A stretch of DNA of 64,000 bases from Eledone cirrhosa (GCA_964016885.1 OZ024742.1:38750001-38814000); one strand, 5' to 3'. Shown: positions 13,534-28,571, numbered from the stretch's first letter. Made by a program: numbers and translations. The notes: generated by a model from the sequence alone, not told the origin.

Positions 13534-14150
13534 TCATATTGGTGGCCTCCCCACAGCCCTGGCGGACAGAATGGAGAAGGCGTTTCCCCGGAGGACGGCA
13601 AGGGAGTCCCGCTGGAAAAGCCATTCCAACTCGCGAGGCTCACACATGCGGCTGGCCAGCTCAGCGCCTATGGTGGTGAGTAAGGAGGTAGCCCTAGGGC
13701 CGAGAACACCAGAAGTCTCCACTGCCAAGCGTACAACCGCAAACCTGACGGAGAGCGACCGGTATTTGAAGAGTTTGGCCTCCTCAGCCCGACGTGCAGC
13801 AGAACCTGGGTTAGTCGCAGACTGCACCAGATTGCGGCTGGAGAAAGTGTCGGTGCAAGTGGCATCCCAGACGAGGGGTTTGCCACCGCGGAACGGGGAG
13901 ATGGTAATGCCATCTGGCCTTTTGCCGTCCCCTCAGTCCAGCCCCATCGGCTCGAGCTGGGAAGGGAAGCCTGCAGCGTCTAAGCCATGCTCTATGACCT
14001 CGTTGAGGGCAGCATGGCGTGAAAGACGGTCGGCACTGTGGCGACAGGAAAGCGGGTGGAGGCCGAAAGAGTCCACAGTGGATCCATAGCAACATTGGTG
14101 TGGCTCGCAGATCCGGAGGCCAAGCCTCAAGGAAACGCCGAAGTGCAGGC
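13534..14150 (-). pseudogene. CRE-clade non-LTR retrotransposon C-terminus (CCHC knuckle + restriction-like endonuclease), 5'-truncated, in-frame stop at 13933-13935
   Basis: LRLGLRICEPHQC..GLHPLSC..RHAALNE..EP.GL*GDGKRPDGITI.PF..GKPLVWDATC.DT..AARRAEEAKLFKY..AVETSG..WLFQRDSLAVLRGNA. Confidence 0.85.
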
Positions 14151-14398
14151 TATTGATAAAAAGTACCAGTTCAGCACTGGGGTCGATTCTTCTATATCTC
14201 TTTCTCACTTCCCCTTTATTACTGTTCTTCTTTCTCTGGAAGAAATCGGCTGTGTTTAAACATAGAGAGGAGATGGGCTCCACAAGGTTTTTAAAATGCT
14301 CAAGAAACGTTGGGACTGCATCAGGGGACCCATGCCTTATGAATGAAATTGCGTAAACGGAAACTGTTTGGAAACCCGACACATTGACTATACCTGTA

Positions 14399-14580
14399 AT
14401 TCTTTCTACTTTTGGCACAAAGCCAGCAATTATCTCAGTGGTACTTTATTTTATCGACCCCGTAAGGATGAAAGGCAAAGTTGACCTCGGCAGGATTTGA
14501 ACTCAGACAATAAAGGGCCGTAACTCTTTGCTGCAAAGCATGGCGTCAGGCCCTCTACTGATACCGCCAATCTACCTGTA
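14399..14580 (-). mobile_element. SINE family 1
   Basis: Consensus match. Confidence 0.8.
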
Positions 14581-14952
14581 ATTAAACCGTATCATACACT
14601 GTATAACGCTGAATCTCTTGAATGCTTAGTGACTTACACATTAATTTCATGAGCAGACTGTTCCGTTGATCGAGTATTGGAACACTCATCATTTTATATA
14701 TAGGAAGTCAATCGAAAATATACTAGACCTCATTTGTTTACAGAATGGGGTGGACCTCATCAAAACAGTCCAAGGAAACAATGTTTCCATTGGTGATACT
14801 ATCTACGGGTCGCAACGTGAAATAAAGGATATAACGTATCAACCTGTCTGGGAATCGAACTCATGATTGCGAATCCAATTCTCTAAACTCAAGCCTTATC
14901 TATGTATATTTATGTATTTGTATTTATATATATGTATATATGTATATATTAT

Positions 14953-15051
<99 letters not shown>

Positions 15052-15115
15052 CATACATATATATATATATCTATATCTATATATATATAATATACATATA
15101 TATATATCTATATCT

Positions 15116-15261
<146 letters not shown>

Positions 15262-15595
15262 CATACATATATATAATATATATATATATATATAATAACT
15301 CATACTGATACCCTGTAATTAACAAGCTCAAAGTATAAATACTGAGCATTATAACAATAATATATGTAGTAATAAACACAGTGAATCGTGTGTCTAATAT
15401 TACGAGGGTTTAAGAACCACATTTGTTTGAAATATTTAACCATGAAGCAGACAGAATGATAGAATTATACAGACCGCCTCAATAACAATTACATCTCTAG
15501 GACAGATTAGGGATTATATATATATATATTATGTCCCAAGGCTCTGATACCATCAACACTATAAACACAGAGCTGGCATATCTAAGAACTGACTA

Positions 15596-15651
15596 ACTGC
15601 CTGATGAGGTCATTGTCATTTAATGGCTATCATCGAAATATATATAACAGT
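15596..15651 (+). ncRNA. Minimal type I HHR in a TA-flanked insert (~15530-15697)
   Basis: ACTGC-CTGATGA(15601)-long imperfect stem II-GAAA-T ATAT A-TA-ACAGT. Confidence 0.6.
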
Positions 15652-15692
15652 AAATAAAGGATTATAAGTTCATGCAATTGACTTATGTTTCG

Positions 15693-15759
<67 letters not shown>

Positions 15760-15762
<3 letters not shown>

Positions 15763-15872
15763 CTGTGTGTGCCCATAGATGAGTCATCGAGAAGCAGTCG
15801 CTAAGTTCAACACCTTTTCATCAAAGCAGATATTATTTTACCTACCCAGGCAACGCTGGGTACTGCTGCTAG
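15760..15872 (+). mobile_element. Helitron 3' end
   Basis: Hairpin TACCCAGGCAACGCTGGGTA followed by CTGCTGCTAG. Confidence 0.55.
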
Positions 15873-15881
15873 AATATATAT

Positions 15882-16510
15882 ATAACGAAGGAGTTGTGGT
15901 AAGGAAGCAGATGGACCATAACGTACCAGAGTACTCAATACTTAGGATAGTAGAGTGGGTAATAGGAGAAAGTATGACCCCGACAGACGGCAGAGCTCAA
16001 GCCGTTTCGACGGCTATTTCTGGACTAAAGTAAGAGTTTTTTTAGTCTGGTAAATAAATAGCCGAACTTTTCAAGGGGTACTTCCTTATATGGGATGATT
16101 GTAGTTGTCAAGAGGATTGGTCAAAATTTGTAGCAGACACAGAAAAGTCTATCATGGCAGTGGGTGCGCAGTGGGGTGGCTGAACTCGCCTGTAGAACGA
16201 TAGGGGAGTGGGTAGAGCCGGTCAAGCGTTGAAGGTGAAATCTACACGGCAAATTCTAAGGAATGTGTATGAAAGTAGGCCAGAGGAGGTAGGCGAAAAA
16301 AGGTTTCTTGAGAAAATGGAGGGGGTACGTTATAGAATTGGTAGATCAAATATATAAAGTCGCACATCAGGGACTTCCCAATAAATAAAGTGGAAGCTAA
16401 GAGGAATTACGCAGAGTTTATCTGAAGTATTATATTTGGGCACAGTATCCGGTTTGAAGAACGTCCTGGGTATTAGGTAACAGGATAAAGGGTCCTACCT
16501 ATGATATCTC
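15882..16510 (-). mobile_element. Longest family B PLE-type 3' region
   Basis: Shares the tail with 7130-7207 and 8416-8493; continues through a complete HHR into a pyrimidine-rich UTR. Confidence 0.65.
15977..16079 (-). ncRNA. Complete family B HHR with U3-A8 core and long stem II
   Basis: Minus strand: ACCCC-TTGAAAA-GTTCGGCTATTT..AAATAGCCGTC-GAAA-CGGC TTGAGCTCT GCCG-TC-(TGTC duplication)-GGGGT. Confidence 0.7.
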
Positions 16511-16865
16511 CCGCTATCCCTCTCTCTGTGTCTTGTGTCCCTTTCTTTCTCAATTCCGCATCCGCTCTCTTCCTCCCAATCTCCCTCTCTCACACCACTC
16601 TCTCTATATCTATATTTGTATAGGTATACATATATGTGTGCATGTATATTTATGCATGTATATGTATGTATTTATATATGTGTATTTGTCTAGTTATATA
16701 TATATATATATATGTGTTAAATTAATATATATCTTCATTGTACTGTATCGACTGATATTCATACAACATAAGGTTTCATGATCTAACAGGTCTGCATATG
16801 TGCAAGTTTGTTATGTTGTTTCAACGTGTGCACGAATCATAATCTATTAGCTCTATTTATATATA

Positions 16866-17042
16866 GGGCGGTGGATTGGCAGTATCGGTAGAGGGTCGGA
16901 CGCCATGCTTTGCAGCATAGTTATGGCGTTCTGAGTTCAAATCCGCCGAGGTTAACTTTGCCTTTCATTCTTACGAGGTCGATAAAATAAAGTACCAGTG
17001 ATGCACTGGTGTAATCGCTGACCTTGTGCCAAAAGTAGAAAC
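16866..17042 (+). mobile_element. SINE family 1
   Basis: Consensus match. Confidence 0.85.
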
Positions 17043-17214
17043 TCTATTTATATATAGTTTTCTTGTTGTTGATCCTTTAGCTTCACACGTACACAAATTC
17101 ATACATACACTCACACACACTCACACACACATACATACATACGTACATATGTACACACACTCACACGCACGCACGCGCACACACAAACACGCACTCACAC
17201 ACATACGTACATAT

Positions 17215-17253
<39 letters not shown>

Positions 17254-17339
17254 GAGAGATATGTACATATGTGTATACATATTTATATATGAATGTATGT
17301 ACGGATGTATGCATACGCGCACACACACACACATGTGTG

Positions 17340-17427
<88 letters not shown>

Positions 17428-18104
17428 TATATTCAGTGAGAATCGTATTTCGGCTGGTAGAAAAAGCGGAACGAAACGCAAAATCGTATAAATGGCAAGC
17501 GCTCCAATAGTTAAGAAAAAGTAGAGCTAAACCATACACATATATATATACACACATATATATATATATATATATTATATAAATATGACCCTCCTCTCTC
17601 TCTCTCTATACATATCATCATACATATGATAATGTTGAAGTAAGGAGGGAGAGAGAAAGAGAAGGGGAGAGAGAGAGGCAGGAGCAGGAAGAAGAGAGTC
17701 AGAAATAGTGTGAAGTGCGTCAGAGTGTTAGGGAAATCAGTTTGTATAGATAGAGTGCTTAGCAACTAATATGGGTGGGTAGGGCGTTGGTGCCAGTGTG
17801 ACATGGTAACCTTAACTGTCTCAGGGGGTGTCTCTTCCTATCCAGGCCAGCTATAACGTCGTGCTGTCTACAATACAAATCCGCCAGGCGCCGCTACTGT
17901 GAATATGCAATAGATAAGATCCCTTTACGACATTCTCAATCGCATGTCGCAACTAAATACCCTTATCTTTCCCAGAACCGGTAGAGCGTCGGACGTAATG
18001 ACTCGCAATATTTAGTTACGTTGTTTTTACTTCTGAGCTGAAGTACCGCAGGGTGGTCGATTTTGCCATGCATCCTTTTCATGTCGATAAAGCTCTAGTC
18101 AATT

Positions 18105-18139
<35 letters not shown>

Positions 18140-18713
18140 AGTATTATTTGGTCACGTTGTTTTAAGTTCTGAGTTAAAATCTTGTGGGGTGGTGCGTGTG
18201 TGTGTAGATGAGGAGGAAGAGGGGGGGCACTTTCCCTTTCATTTTTCGGGGTTACTCGATAGGCCGAAAAGGGCCACTTATCAAGATATCAATAAGCTTG
18301 TGGTCAAAGTTACAGCAGTGGAGACATCCGGTATTCAGGAGTTACAAAAGACGAAAGCTCGATGTTTGTAAAGGAAGAAAAGTCATATAGGTGCAGAATG
18401 TACCTCTTCAGTTGATTTTTTCACCTTTGTCTGCTTCCAGCATAACTTGAGCAATATTTGCCTTAACCTCTCCTTGCTCTCTTTGCTCTCCTTTTTCTCA
18501 TTGCTCTACATGCTCTTCTTTTCTCATTTCTCTCATTGCTCTCCTTGCTCTCCTTTTCTCATTTCTCTCATTGCTCTCCTTGCTCTCCTTTTCTCCTTAC
18601 TCTCCTTTTCTCCTTGCGCTCCCTTTCTCCTTGTATTTATGTACTTGTTTATATACAAATACAATGAGAAAAGGCGAGCAAGGAGAAATATGAAAGCAAG
18701 GATAGTAAGGAGA

Positions 18714-18791
<78 letters not shown>

Positions 18792-19057
18792 CTCAATACC
18801 GAGTACTCATTTCTCTCAGCTGCCAACCACATACGGATGTATATATATATATAAACTTTTAGAACGTTGAAAAATAAGGTCCACCATCGTGTACATATAC
18901 ACACGCAGATAATCCTTACGAACACTCGCTAAGATACACGCACACATATATTCACACACACATGCACACACACATAAGCGTATGCACGTAAGCATATGTA
19001 TGTGTGAGTGTGTGAATGTATGTATATATATACATGCGTGTATATATGTATGTATGT

Positions 19058-19156
<99 letters not shown>

Positions 19157-19804
19157 TGCGTATATGTATGTATGCATGTATGTATGTATGTAAGTCACAC
19201 TCGTTTAGCGCATCGGTAGGGGTTCTCCTACATGGATATAAAGTAGTGACCGTACTCGAAAACGAGTTGGCAGCCACCATATGTATGTATGTATCTCTCT
19301 CTCTCACTTTCTCTCTCTCTCTCTATATATATATATATGTATGTATCTCTTACTCTCTCTCTCTCACTCTCACTCTCTCTCTCTCTCTATATATATGTAT
19401 ATATGTATATATGTATGTATGTATTTATCTATGTATGTGTGTGTGCATACGTATTCAACTATATGTTGGAACTGTTCCAATTGTGATTTATTCGTCAATA
19501 AACCTTTTCCAGAGAAAGGGAGGAGTCTACAAACAGGAAGCACCACGTGTGCAATGGTTACTTTTTTTAATTATTATTATCATTAATATTAGTTTTATTT
19601 TTATTACGTGTCGTCACAGCATTACTGAGAATAACTCTGAGCGCCATTTGTATGTGCAGTGTTACTTTTGCTACTGTTGTTTCTATTGTACACCTCGTAA
19701 TATGTGTGTAGCGTGTAGCAGTGCTATTTTCTCTATACTGTATATATGTTTATGTTCTATGTGGTTAGAATGTCTCAGGAAAGAATCGCTGGAAATATTT
19801 TACA

Positions 19805-20015
19805 GGTGAAACCAACAGGTAGGAGACCGAGGGTTAGACCCCCGAGTAAGATGGGTGGATAACATCCATGAGATTGGTTGGTCACGCTTGGGGATCCAGC
19901 GGAATAAGTTGGAGATGATTGCTCCTGACAGGACCCGTTGGAGGGAGTGTTTGAGGTCTCTGGTCTCTGCCGCCACGACCCTCTCAGGAATAAATGGACG
20001 AAGAAAAGAAGAAGG
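19805..20015 (+). mobile_element. RTE-like LINE 3' remnant
   Basis: Frameshifted PTGRRPR..P.VRW.DNI..DRTRWR motif and (GAA)-type tail. Confidence 0.6.
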
Positions 20016-20059
20016 GTTTTGATTATGTATCTGTCTGTGTGCTTTTTTTAATCATCTGA

Positions 20060-20960
20060 GCACCTATTATATAGGTGATGTTCTTTTTTCACATCCATCC
20101 ATTCGGCCTAGTTCTGTCACTAGATCTTTATTCACCATCACATTCGGTAGTTCCATTTCACTAAGATATATATCGTCTGTGGGATAATATATCAATTCAA
20201 TGAAAGACATCTATATCTGTCAGTCTTTGAGTATAGATACAGCCGTTTGGGTTGAATCTGTCTTTCTGTCGAGTGCATTGGCTATATCCCAGAGGGTTAT
20301 GATTGCTTGTCATTCTGTGCTTGGCATATCTGATTATGATTGCTTGGTTTGCTCTGTGCGTGCTGCACTACTTTTTTTTCTGTTAGTATTTCGTAGTGTC
20401 GGCATAACTTCCAGTATATGTAAATCACAACCCTATCATGTCTACAGATATATTCTTTTTTTATTAAGACTGGGCAGCCAGAGATAATGTGGTTGTGTAT
20501 TACCTACCACATATTCTGCAGTTATTTACTGTGTTCTGATTCATCGTGTATTTTTGTGGTTTCTGGTAGAAAGTCTTTGATCTGCTTTTTAACTAGTTTT
20601 GTGAATTTTGTCTGTCCACTTCCTCACTTTTCAGCTTTTTTTTAGTATTGGCTACATAGTAGTTTTTCTTGCCGTCATTTTAGTATAGCAATCTCGAGAT
20701 GTGTTTTTATAAATTTGTTGCCCCTTCTTCCATGTGTTTGCTGTAGCTATTATTTTTCTACGCCTGATTTTGGATGTTGTATTCTAAATGCAGTCATTAT
20801 TTTTCTGATTTATTTTTGTCTAGTCATGCTAGTACTTTTAGTGTCCAGTTCAGATTGGTCAAACTAGGATCGTTAGAGTATTGGTGTCTATTACCTTATT
20901 CTTTGCATTTAGTTCTGTCTTAAGTAGTAAATCTAGTCCGTCTAGAGTATTCCTTTCTAA
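20060..20960 (-). pseudogene. Degenerate R4/Dong-type RLE LINE C-terminus
   Basis: Minus-strand pieces HIISGCPVL, EYICRHDRVVIYIYWKLCRHY, TLWD, NKDLVTELGRM with frameshifts. Confidence 0.65.
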
Positions 20961-20973
20961 CCTTTTCTTTCAA

Positions 20974-21065
<92 letters not shown>

Positions 21066-22689
21066 AAATCAATCTAATTCTGCCAATATAAGAAATTATT
21101 ATCATTTCTTAAGTAGCAACTTTCAACTGTATTATCTGGAGGAGCACCTCCGTGTTCCTAACGTGTGTACAGCGTTGTGTTCTTATTTTTGTGTGGTTTG
21201 TTGAGTGAAGACTCCTCTTGTTAGCATACTGCAACAGTCTTGTTATGGTATTGGGTTTAGCTTTTAGTTTTCTGTGTTATTTTAGTGCTTGTTGTGTGAT
21301 TTGTGTAATGTGAGTGGTATTATTTTATTATTGTTATTTGTAATATTGTTACTGTTACCCGTGTTACATTCTTATTTCTGCCACTCCTCACATTCCTTTT
21401 TCTTGACTAACAATAAAGTTTCAAACGTCTGTTTGGTTTTACATTTGTAAAATTTTGGTTTGACGAACGGATTTCTGCCTCGATCTAAAATGCTTCTCGG
21501 GTGTTACGGAGTTGTTGAAAGGTTGTGAGAAGTGAATCATGAATGGAAATAATTTAAAGCGGAAGGGAGATTTGTGTGTAGATTAAGAATATGACAAGGA
21601 AGATTTTATAATGGAGCTGTTGGGTCCGAGTGGAACTTGAAGGTTGGGAGATTGATGCTAATTTGTAAAGAGAAATTCATCAACAATGTATTTATTACTA
21701 GGACAACAAATCTAAATAGGCAACGAGAATGTTAGAGTTTCTAAACATTGACCAACTGGTGATGTTATTGTCTTTTCAACAGTTACAATCTCATAAACAT
21801 GGCATTTTTACTGTACTTTATTCAGAGGAATAACCTTAAAAATAGGTTTAGACCCCTTCTTAATAACGGTTTCTATGATTTTCTGTCGTGGATAAAAACC
21901 CTGAATACCCCCGCGGTACTAAAAGTGGACTAGGCGAAACTCTGCAAATAATAACTGAAATGAACTGTCACGGGAACTGTGTGTAGTCTCGTTGTAGTCT
22001 CGTTGGTAGTTTAGAATTACGCCTGGTGAATACTTTGAGTTTTAACCTCGTTTCGTAGAGATATACAAAACAGGTGTGTCACACCATTATAACACTTTCT
22101 TTAAAGCTGGTATAATAATATCTCCCTATTGTAAGAGGACTTCATATACCCTTTAAACATCAATATGGAGAGGGGGGGGGGTATAAAGGAAAAACAACAA
22201 AAACATTAAGGGTGAACATTTTCCAAATCTTTTAGTCAATGTCTTAAAAACTTGAAAATCTTTGTTCCCCGTCAGTCTTTGTGTAATGAATTCAAATCAC
22301 GACGTGGTTTACATGAGTAGCAGGTTTAATCCATCGCTCAGTTTAACACTATCACTAAACCATTGGGTGAATTTACTGGAGTCTACTCTGTTGTAATCAA
22401 TTTGACAAGTTCTCCGGTTTGTGGATATCTCCCTTCCTCCCTCCAGTCTCAAGGCATGAAAAAAGGGTCATAGGCAATCCTTAACTCAATACTAAAAAAA
22501 ACAAAAACATGTCAAGTAAAAAAGAAATATTTTGTTCAATAATACTTTCAAATGGATTACAACTGTTTCCCTTTCACTTAATCATATGTTCATATTTACA
22601 ATGCATGAATTAGCTACATGACATTTACTCAATTGATTTTTTTTCTAATCCTATAATGTAAATAAATTTATTCAAAAGCAAAAAAACAA

Positions 22690-22970
22690 ACAAATCTTAT
22701 TTAGTAAGGAAAAAAGAAGGGGGGACAAAAGGAAAGAAAGAATAGGGAAATATATATTAAAAAAAATAGAGAGAAAGAAGAAAAAGAACGGGAAAGGGAG
22801 GGGATGGCAAGAGTTCTGGTGTCGCAGAAGAGAGGGGTGAGAGGGAGGGGGATCGGGCTAGGGCCTAGGGCAAGGGGGAAGGAGTGCTGCGCCCCGTGGA
22901 CAAGACGGCAAAAGCATTGCCTCGGTCGATGGCCAGTGACACCCGCTGCAACAACCACCCAACCTTTACT
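22690..22970 (-). mobile_element. CRE-clade 3' end and UTR
   Basis: Translates KVGWLLQRVSLAIDRGNAFAVLSTG, homologous to the 13534 ORF end. Confidence 0.75.
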
Positions 22971-23159
22971 CAATTGTTTTGTGAAATATACTTTCCATAT
23001 TGGGGATACGTCTGTTGTACAATGCAATAGATATGGACTGCTATCGCCATATTGGAAAATGATTTTATTTCTTCCATGAAATATTTTTCAACAGAAAATC
23101 AAATAGTGTTCTATTAAACTAAATATGGCGGTATTAACATTTCGGTTTCGGGTCTATTT

Positions 23160-23232
<73 letters not shown>

Positions 23233-23235
<3 letters not shown>

Positions 23236-23312
23236 CGAAGGAGTTATGGTAAGGAACCAGATGTACCATAACGCACCAGAATACTCAATGCTTAGGGTAG
23301 TCGAGTGGGTAG
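23233..23312 (-). mobile_element. Family B tail fragment
   Basis: ACGAAGGAGTTATGGTAAGGAACC..ACTCAATGCTTAGGGTAG matches 8416-8493. Confidence 0.7.
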
Positions 23313-23642
23313 TTCGCTTTCCAATCATAAGGTTCTTGGTTGTAACTCTGTAAATAGTAATTGCTTCAAAGTTAGTCATACATTTAATTCCCCAAAGTCC
23401 TTTGTACACATATACTGAACATTTATGTAATTATATCCTAAAAATATATTAATCACTTTTATGCGTTAGTAATCAACATAAACTATAGGGTTTCTCTTTT
23501 ACAAAACATTAATTTATCTAAATCAAAAATTCCCACTTTGTATGATTGTTCATATATCCGGTAATCCTGATATATGTGGCATACCAATCCTGGGCTCCCA
23601 AAATAAAATAAGTTCAACACTTTGGATGGCACATTTCCACTA

Positions 23643-23729
<87 letters not shown>

Positions 23730-24419
23730 GTGTTTAGTGTGTGTGTGTGTACACACACACACATGCACACACACACATATATATATCTAATGAAAAATAG
23801 GTGGAGAAGAGACAAAATATAAAGTTCCCAATTTTCTGCTATAGTTTCCAGTAATTACAATTTGAATTCGCTTGGATTTGCAATGTTTAACTAAGTAATA
23901 GTCATTTCTTTAAGGAATGCATGACATGCCAAAAAAGAAACAAATAGACAAACATGTGAAACAGCAAAGGCACAGACACAAGACGTAGTTATAGTGTACA
24001 CAGATATCTTCCTGGAAACGCCCTAGGATTACCGATAGTGTGTAGTTGGTTGTATGTATGCATGTATGTATGCATGTATGTATGTGTATAGCTTAGTGGC
24101 TAGAGTCCTTGGCTTATGACAGTATGGTCATGAGTTCGATTCTCAGTCGTGCAATAAACGCAACTGGCAAACATGATTCTACCTGTAATTCAAAAGATCT
24201 TCGTCACACACTTGTACCGCGCTGTATTACCATAAGAATTACGTTAAAGGGGCCCAGTAATTCCTATGTTCAAACAACTCGTACTTATATATATACGATA
24301 AAACCAAAGATAAGGTTCACTTATTTTCGTTCATCTGAAACCCTGAAACGATCGTAAAACAGCGAATTGATACATACCCATACTTGTTTTTTTTTATCAT
24401 CTTATTGTTTATCATATAT

Positions 24420-24760
24420 ATGCTTTGGCCCCACTCGGTCACGAATGACCATGGTTTTTGCACCTAGAAAGTTTCCCTCCGAGGCACAAGCCTGGGCAAG
24501 GTTTTGTGTGGAAGACCAGCAGTCGCCCATGTATACCAGCCTTCCCCTCTCCACGCCACCGATGTTGTCCAAGGGAAAGGCAATGGCCGATACAGCTTGG
24601 CACCAGTGGCGTCACAACTCATTTCTACAGCTGAGTAAACTGGAGCAACGTGAAATAAAGTGTCTTGCTCAAGGACACAACGCATCACCCGGTCCGAGAA
24701 TCGAACTCACAACCTCTCAATTGCAAGCCCAATGCTCTAACCACTAAGCCAGGCACCTTC
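24420..24760 (-). mobile_element. tRNA-derived SINE family 2
   Basis: Minus-strand head TGGCTTAGTGGTTAGAGC..GAGTTCGATTC then TGTCCTTGAGCAAGACACTTT; related pieces at 24090, 26820, 27085, 35618, 46150, 59200, 60435. Confidence 0.8.
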
Positions 24761-24974
24761 ACATCATATATATATGTTTACAAGCACACCGAGCATTATA
24801 ATAAATGTTCGGTGAATCCATACGTACATATATATATGTGTGCATGTATGTATATATATATATATATACATACTACTGTACGTCTGTATACATATATGTA
24901 TGTACGTGTACATACTTATATTTAAGTAACAGCCGTACTAAGAGTGGGAAATGAAATTTCGTTTCATTTTTTCC

Positions 24975-25036
<62 letters not shown>

Positions 25037-25244
25037 CCACATATCAACCTAATATATGCATATTTCCTATAAAATTTGTGGCTCACTACTTTATTTTGAC
25101 AACATATAAATTTATATAGTTTGTATATGTACAAGAAACAGCTTTTACCTCATTCTCTCTTATGTACACATATATACACCAGGTCCGAACACAAAAGGAC
25201 CAAACTCCCACTGTCACTGTAATGTATTTGATCGAAAAATAATA

Positions 25245-25392
25245 ATTGTTTCTACTTTTGGCACAAGGCCAGCAATTACTGGTACTTTACTTTATCGATC
25301 CCGTAAGGATGAAAGGCGGGATTTGAACTCAGATCGTAAAGGGACGTAACTACGCTGGAAAGCATGTCTGACCCTCTACCGATACTGCCAAG
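25245..25392 (-). mobile_element. SINE family 1, internally deleted
   Basis: Consensus match. Confidence 0.75.
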
Positions 25393-25507
25393 CCATTGTT
25401 GTACAGTTATTTAAAAATATGAAAAAAGCTTGATTGTGTTCGTTAGAACGATCAGTATATTGTGGATTTATATTTTGAAGGTGGAGTAAACCTTGATAGA
25501 GACCTAT

Positions 25508-25700
25508 CAGACCTGTCAACTCTCCCCGTCCGACGGTGAGATCCCACCCACTTTGAGGTGGGTGAGGGATATCTTCTCTTGTGAAAATGGGTATAGCTTT
25601 CATTATGTAAAATCTCCCCATTTTGCCTCATTTCTCCCCGTTTTGTGACACTCTTTTTCATAGTACTCCCCATTTGGGTTTTTAGAGGTTGGCAGATCTG
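25508..25700. mobile_element. hAT-like MITE, ~190 bp
   Basis: TIRs CAGACCTGTCAAC / GTTGGCAGATCTG; second copy at 2888. Confidence 0.7.
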
Positions 25701-26116
25701 CCATCTTGAAGAAACAACAATTTGATTTTTCGTGTTTTTAACTTTTTTGATATCAAATCGTGTTTATATTTATCTAAAACCCTTCCATCATAAGTTTATG
25801 TAAAAACCTTTAAATTAGGTTCCAAACATCAGTTTAATAATGAGAAAGTTAGTTAACTTCCAAATCTCTTAAAATTCTTGATTATTTTTTAAATGACTTG
25901 AAAATCATAAGCAATGTTTACCATTAGAAATATTGTAACGAAAGGATAAAAATATGAAAGCCCATTATATAACTAATTTTCAGCAGAATCCTTAGATCAG
26001 TGGTTCTGAACCTTTCTTTGCCAGCGGCACACCTTGGAACATGAAAAAATAGCGGCATTCCTGGCTAAATATATATGAAAAATATTTGAATTTTACAAAA
26101 TAAAAATTGGGACCAT

Positions 26117-26402
26117 GTGGTAGTAGTAAGTAGTAGTAGTAGTAGTAGTAGTGGGGGTGGTGGTGGTAGTAATAGTAGTAGTCGAGCTGGTGGTGGTAGA
26201 AGTAGTAGTGGAGGTGGTAGTAGTAGTAGTAGCAGTGGAGGTGGTGGTTGTAGTAGTTGTAGTAGTGGAGGTGGTGGTTGTAGTACTAGTAGTAGTCAAG
26301 CTGGTGGTGGTAGTAGTAGTAGTAGTGGCGGTGGTGGTGGTAGTAGTAGTAGTAGTCGAGGTGGTGGTGGTGGTAGTAGTAGTAGTGGAGGTGGTGGTTG
26401 TA

Positions 26403-26434
<32 letters not shown>

Positions 26435-26669
26435 GGAGGTGGTGGTGGTGGTAGTAGTAGTAGTAGTAATAGAGGTGGTGGTGGTAGTAGTAGTAGTAGT
26501 AATAGAGGTGGTGGTGGTAGTAGTAGTAGTAGTGGAGGTGGTGGTGGTGGTAGTAGTAGTAGTGGAGGTGGTGGTGGTAGTAGTAGTAGTGGAGGTGGTG
26601 GTGGTGGTGGTGGTAGTAGTAGTAGTGGAGGTGGTGGTTGTAGTAGTAAGTAGTAGTAGTAGTAGTAGT
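26117..26669. repeat. Mixed (GTA)n/(GGT)n triplet array
   Basis: Direct inspection. Confidence 0.9.
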
Positions 26670-27084
26670 TTTCTCGTTCTTCTGTCTCGGATGTTGTTAA
26701 ACCACCGTAGAAAACTGGTGGTGTTGTATCAGGCGGTAGAGGAGTCACTCTGGAATGGACCTTCGCCAATGTCGATGATGGGCTGTAGTTGTTCGATGAA
26801 CGAAACAGCCAGCTCATTAAATTAACATGTATGTGGCTGAGCATTCCACAGACACGTGAACCGCTAGCATAGTTCTCAGGGAAATTCAGCGTCATTGTGT
26901 GTCAAGACCGGCCATTTGAATTACAGATACAGTCCATCCGATAGGCTTCCAAGCAGCCCCGTCTACAAAATATCACTCATATGTCACGCAATGGGATCTA
27001 CGCTGACACCTAATGATTACGAAGCTAATTTCTTAACAAATGGGCCATGCTATATCCACGACCCTCGGTTTAATATTAGGTAAA

Positions 27085-27295
27085 AGACATTTGGCTGAGT
27101 GGTTAGAGAGTTAGATTCGTAATCGCGAGGTTGCGAGTTCAATTCTCGGACCGGGCGATGTGTTGCGTCCTTGAGCAAGACACTTTATTTCACGTTGCTC
27201 CTTCTGCCAGGAGTTGCAACCGGTAGATATTATCAGCAATGGAAAGACCAATGGAAACATTGTTTCCTTGATACAATTTGACGAGGTTCACTCCA
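27085..27295 (+). mobile_element. SINE family 2 variant
   Basis: Closely similar to 35618-35820. Confidence 0.8.
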
Positions 27296-27688
27296 CTCGA
27301 CAGGGGATCAACTGTCGAGAAATGACACTGATTTGCAAACATGTGAATTATATAATTAATGTTCTTCATTATAGGATTGAACGAGATCTTATTTTTCTCT
27401 CACATATAAACATCAGCTCAAAATCACAACCAAATAGCAACATACACACATATACACACGCACGTACACACACACTCACACAAAAGCATACATACTCCTA
27501 AATACACCCGCACATACTCACATTATACTCAATTCTTTAAGTAGACAAGTTACTTAAGTCATTTTGAAAGGAAATTACATTTACAACACTGTTTCATTTA
27601 GTTTAAATTATTTAGAAGGACTTTCCTATTGATTTTAACCGAAACAGTGGTAGTCATGTAGAAGTCATTTCATCCGATATATATATAT

Positions 27689-27761
<73 letters not shown>

Positions 27762-27765
<4 letters not shown>

Positions 27766-27821
27766 CTGATGAGGACGTACTGTTGAACTTGATTCAAGTA
27801 CCTCTGAAATGTGTATAATAA
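27762..27821 (+). ncRNA. Minimal type I HHR (family D-like) in a TA-flanked insert (~27762-27965)
   Basis: TTAT-CTGATGA(27766)-GG..GTAC..TTGAA CTTGA TTCAA GTAC..-GAAA-T GTGT A-TA-ATAA. Confidence 0.6.
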
Positions 27822-27967
27822 AATTTAATTGATCACAAGAATATCTATTTTGTTAATATTTGAATTAATATTAATAACTCTGGAAACATTTTTCTGTAGA
27901 GTGATTCCAATCTACTGTAAAACTAATTCTTTGATGTACTCATTGAATCTTGTTTAACTCTTTAATA

Positions 27968-28061
<94 letters not shown>

Positions 28062-28340
28062 TTATTTATTTATCTATATAAGGAAATGCAATTTTAAGTT
28101 TGATATCAGCTTTCATGTTAATTTTATTTCAATTGGAAGCATGTTTATATATATATATGTGTCTAAATATATATACATGTGCGTATGTGTTATGTATATA
28201 TGTGTGTATATATGTACGTATAAATATGCATGTTTGTATATATATTTATATAATATACATATACACTATTTTTAGTCTTATATATATATATATGAACTTT
28301 TTTCATATGTAACCCATTTGCAACTCCGCAGCGCCCTTAT

Positions 28341-28416
<76 letters not shown>

Positions 28417-28433
28417 CATTATATATATGCATG

Positions 28434-28512
<79 letters not shown>

Positions 28513-28529
28513 CATTATATATATGCATG

Positions 28530-28571
<42 letters not shown>

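Noticed and set aside
13933-13935. In-frame TGA as selenocysteine
   Set aside because: Truncated CRE copy; more simply a CGA>TGA decay, and no SECIS seen
26093-26895. Gly-Ser, poly-Thr or Pro-Leu proteins
   Set aside because: Triplet microsatellite
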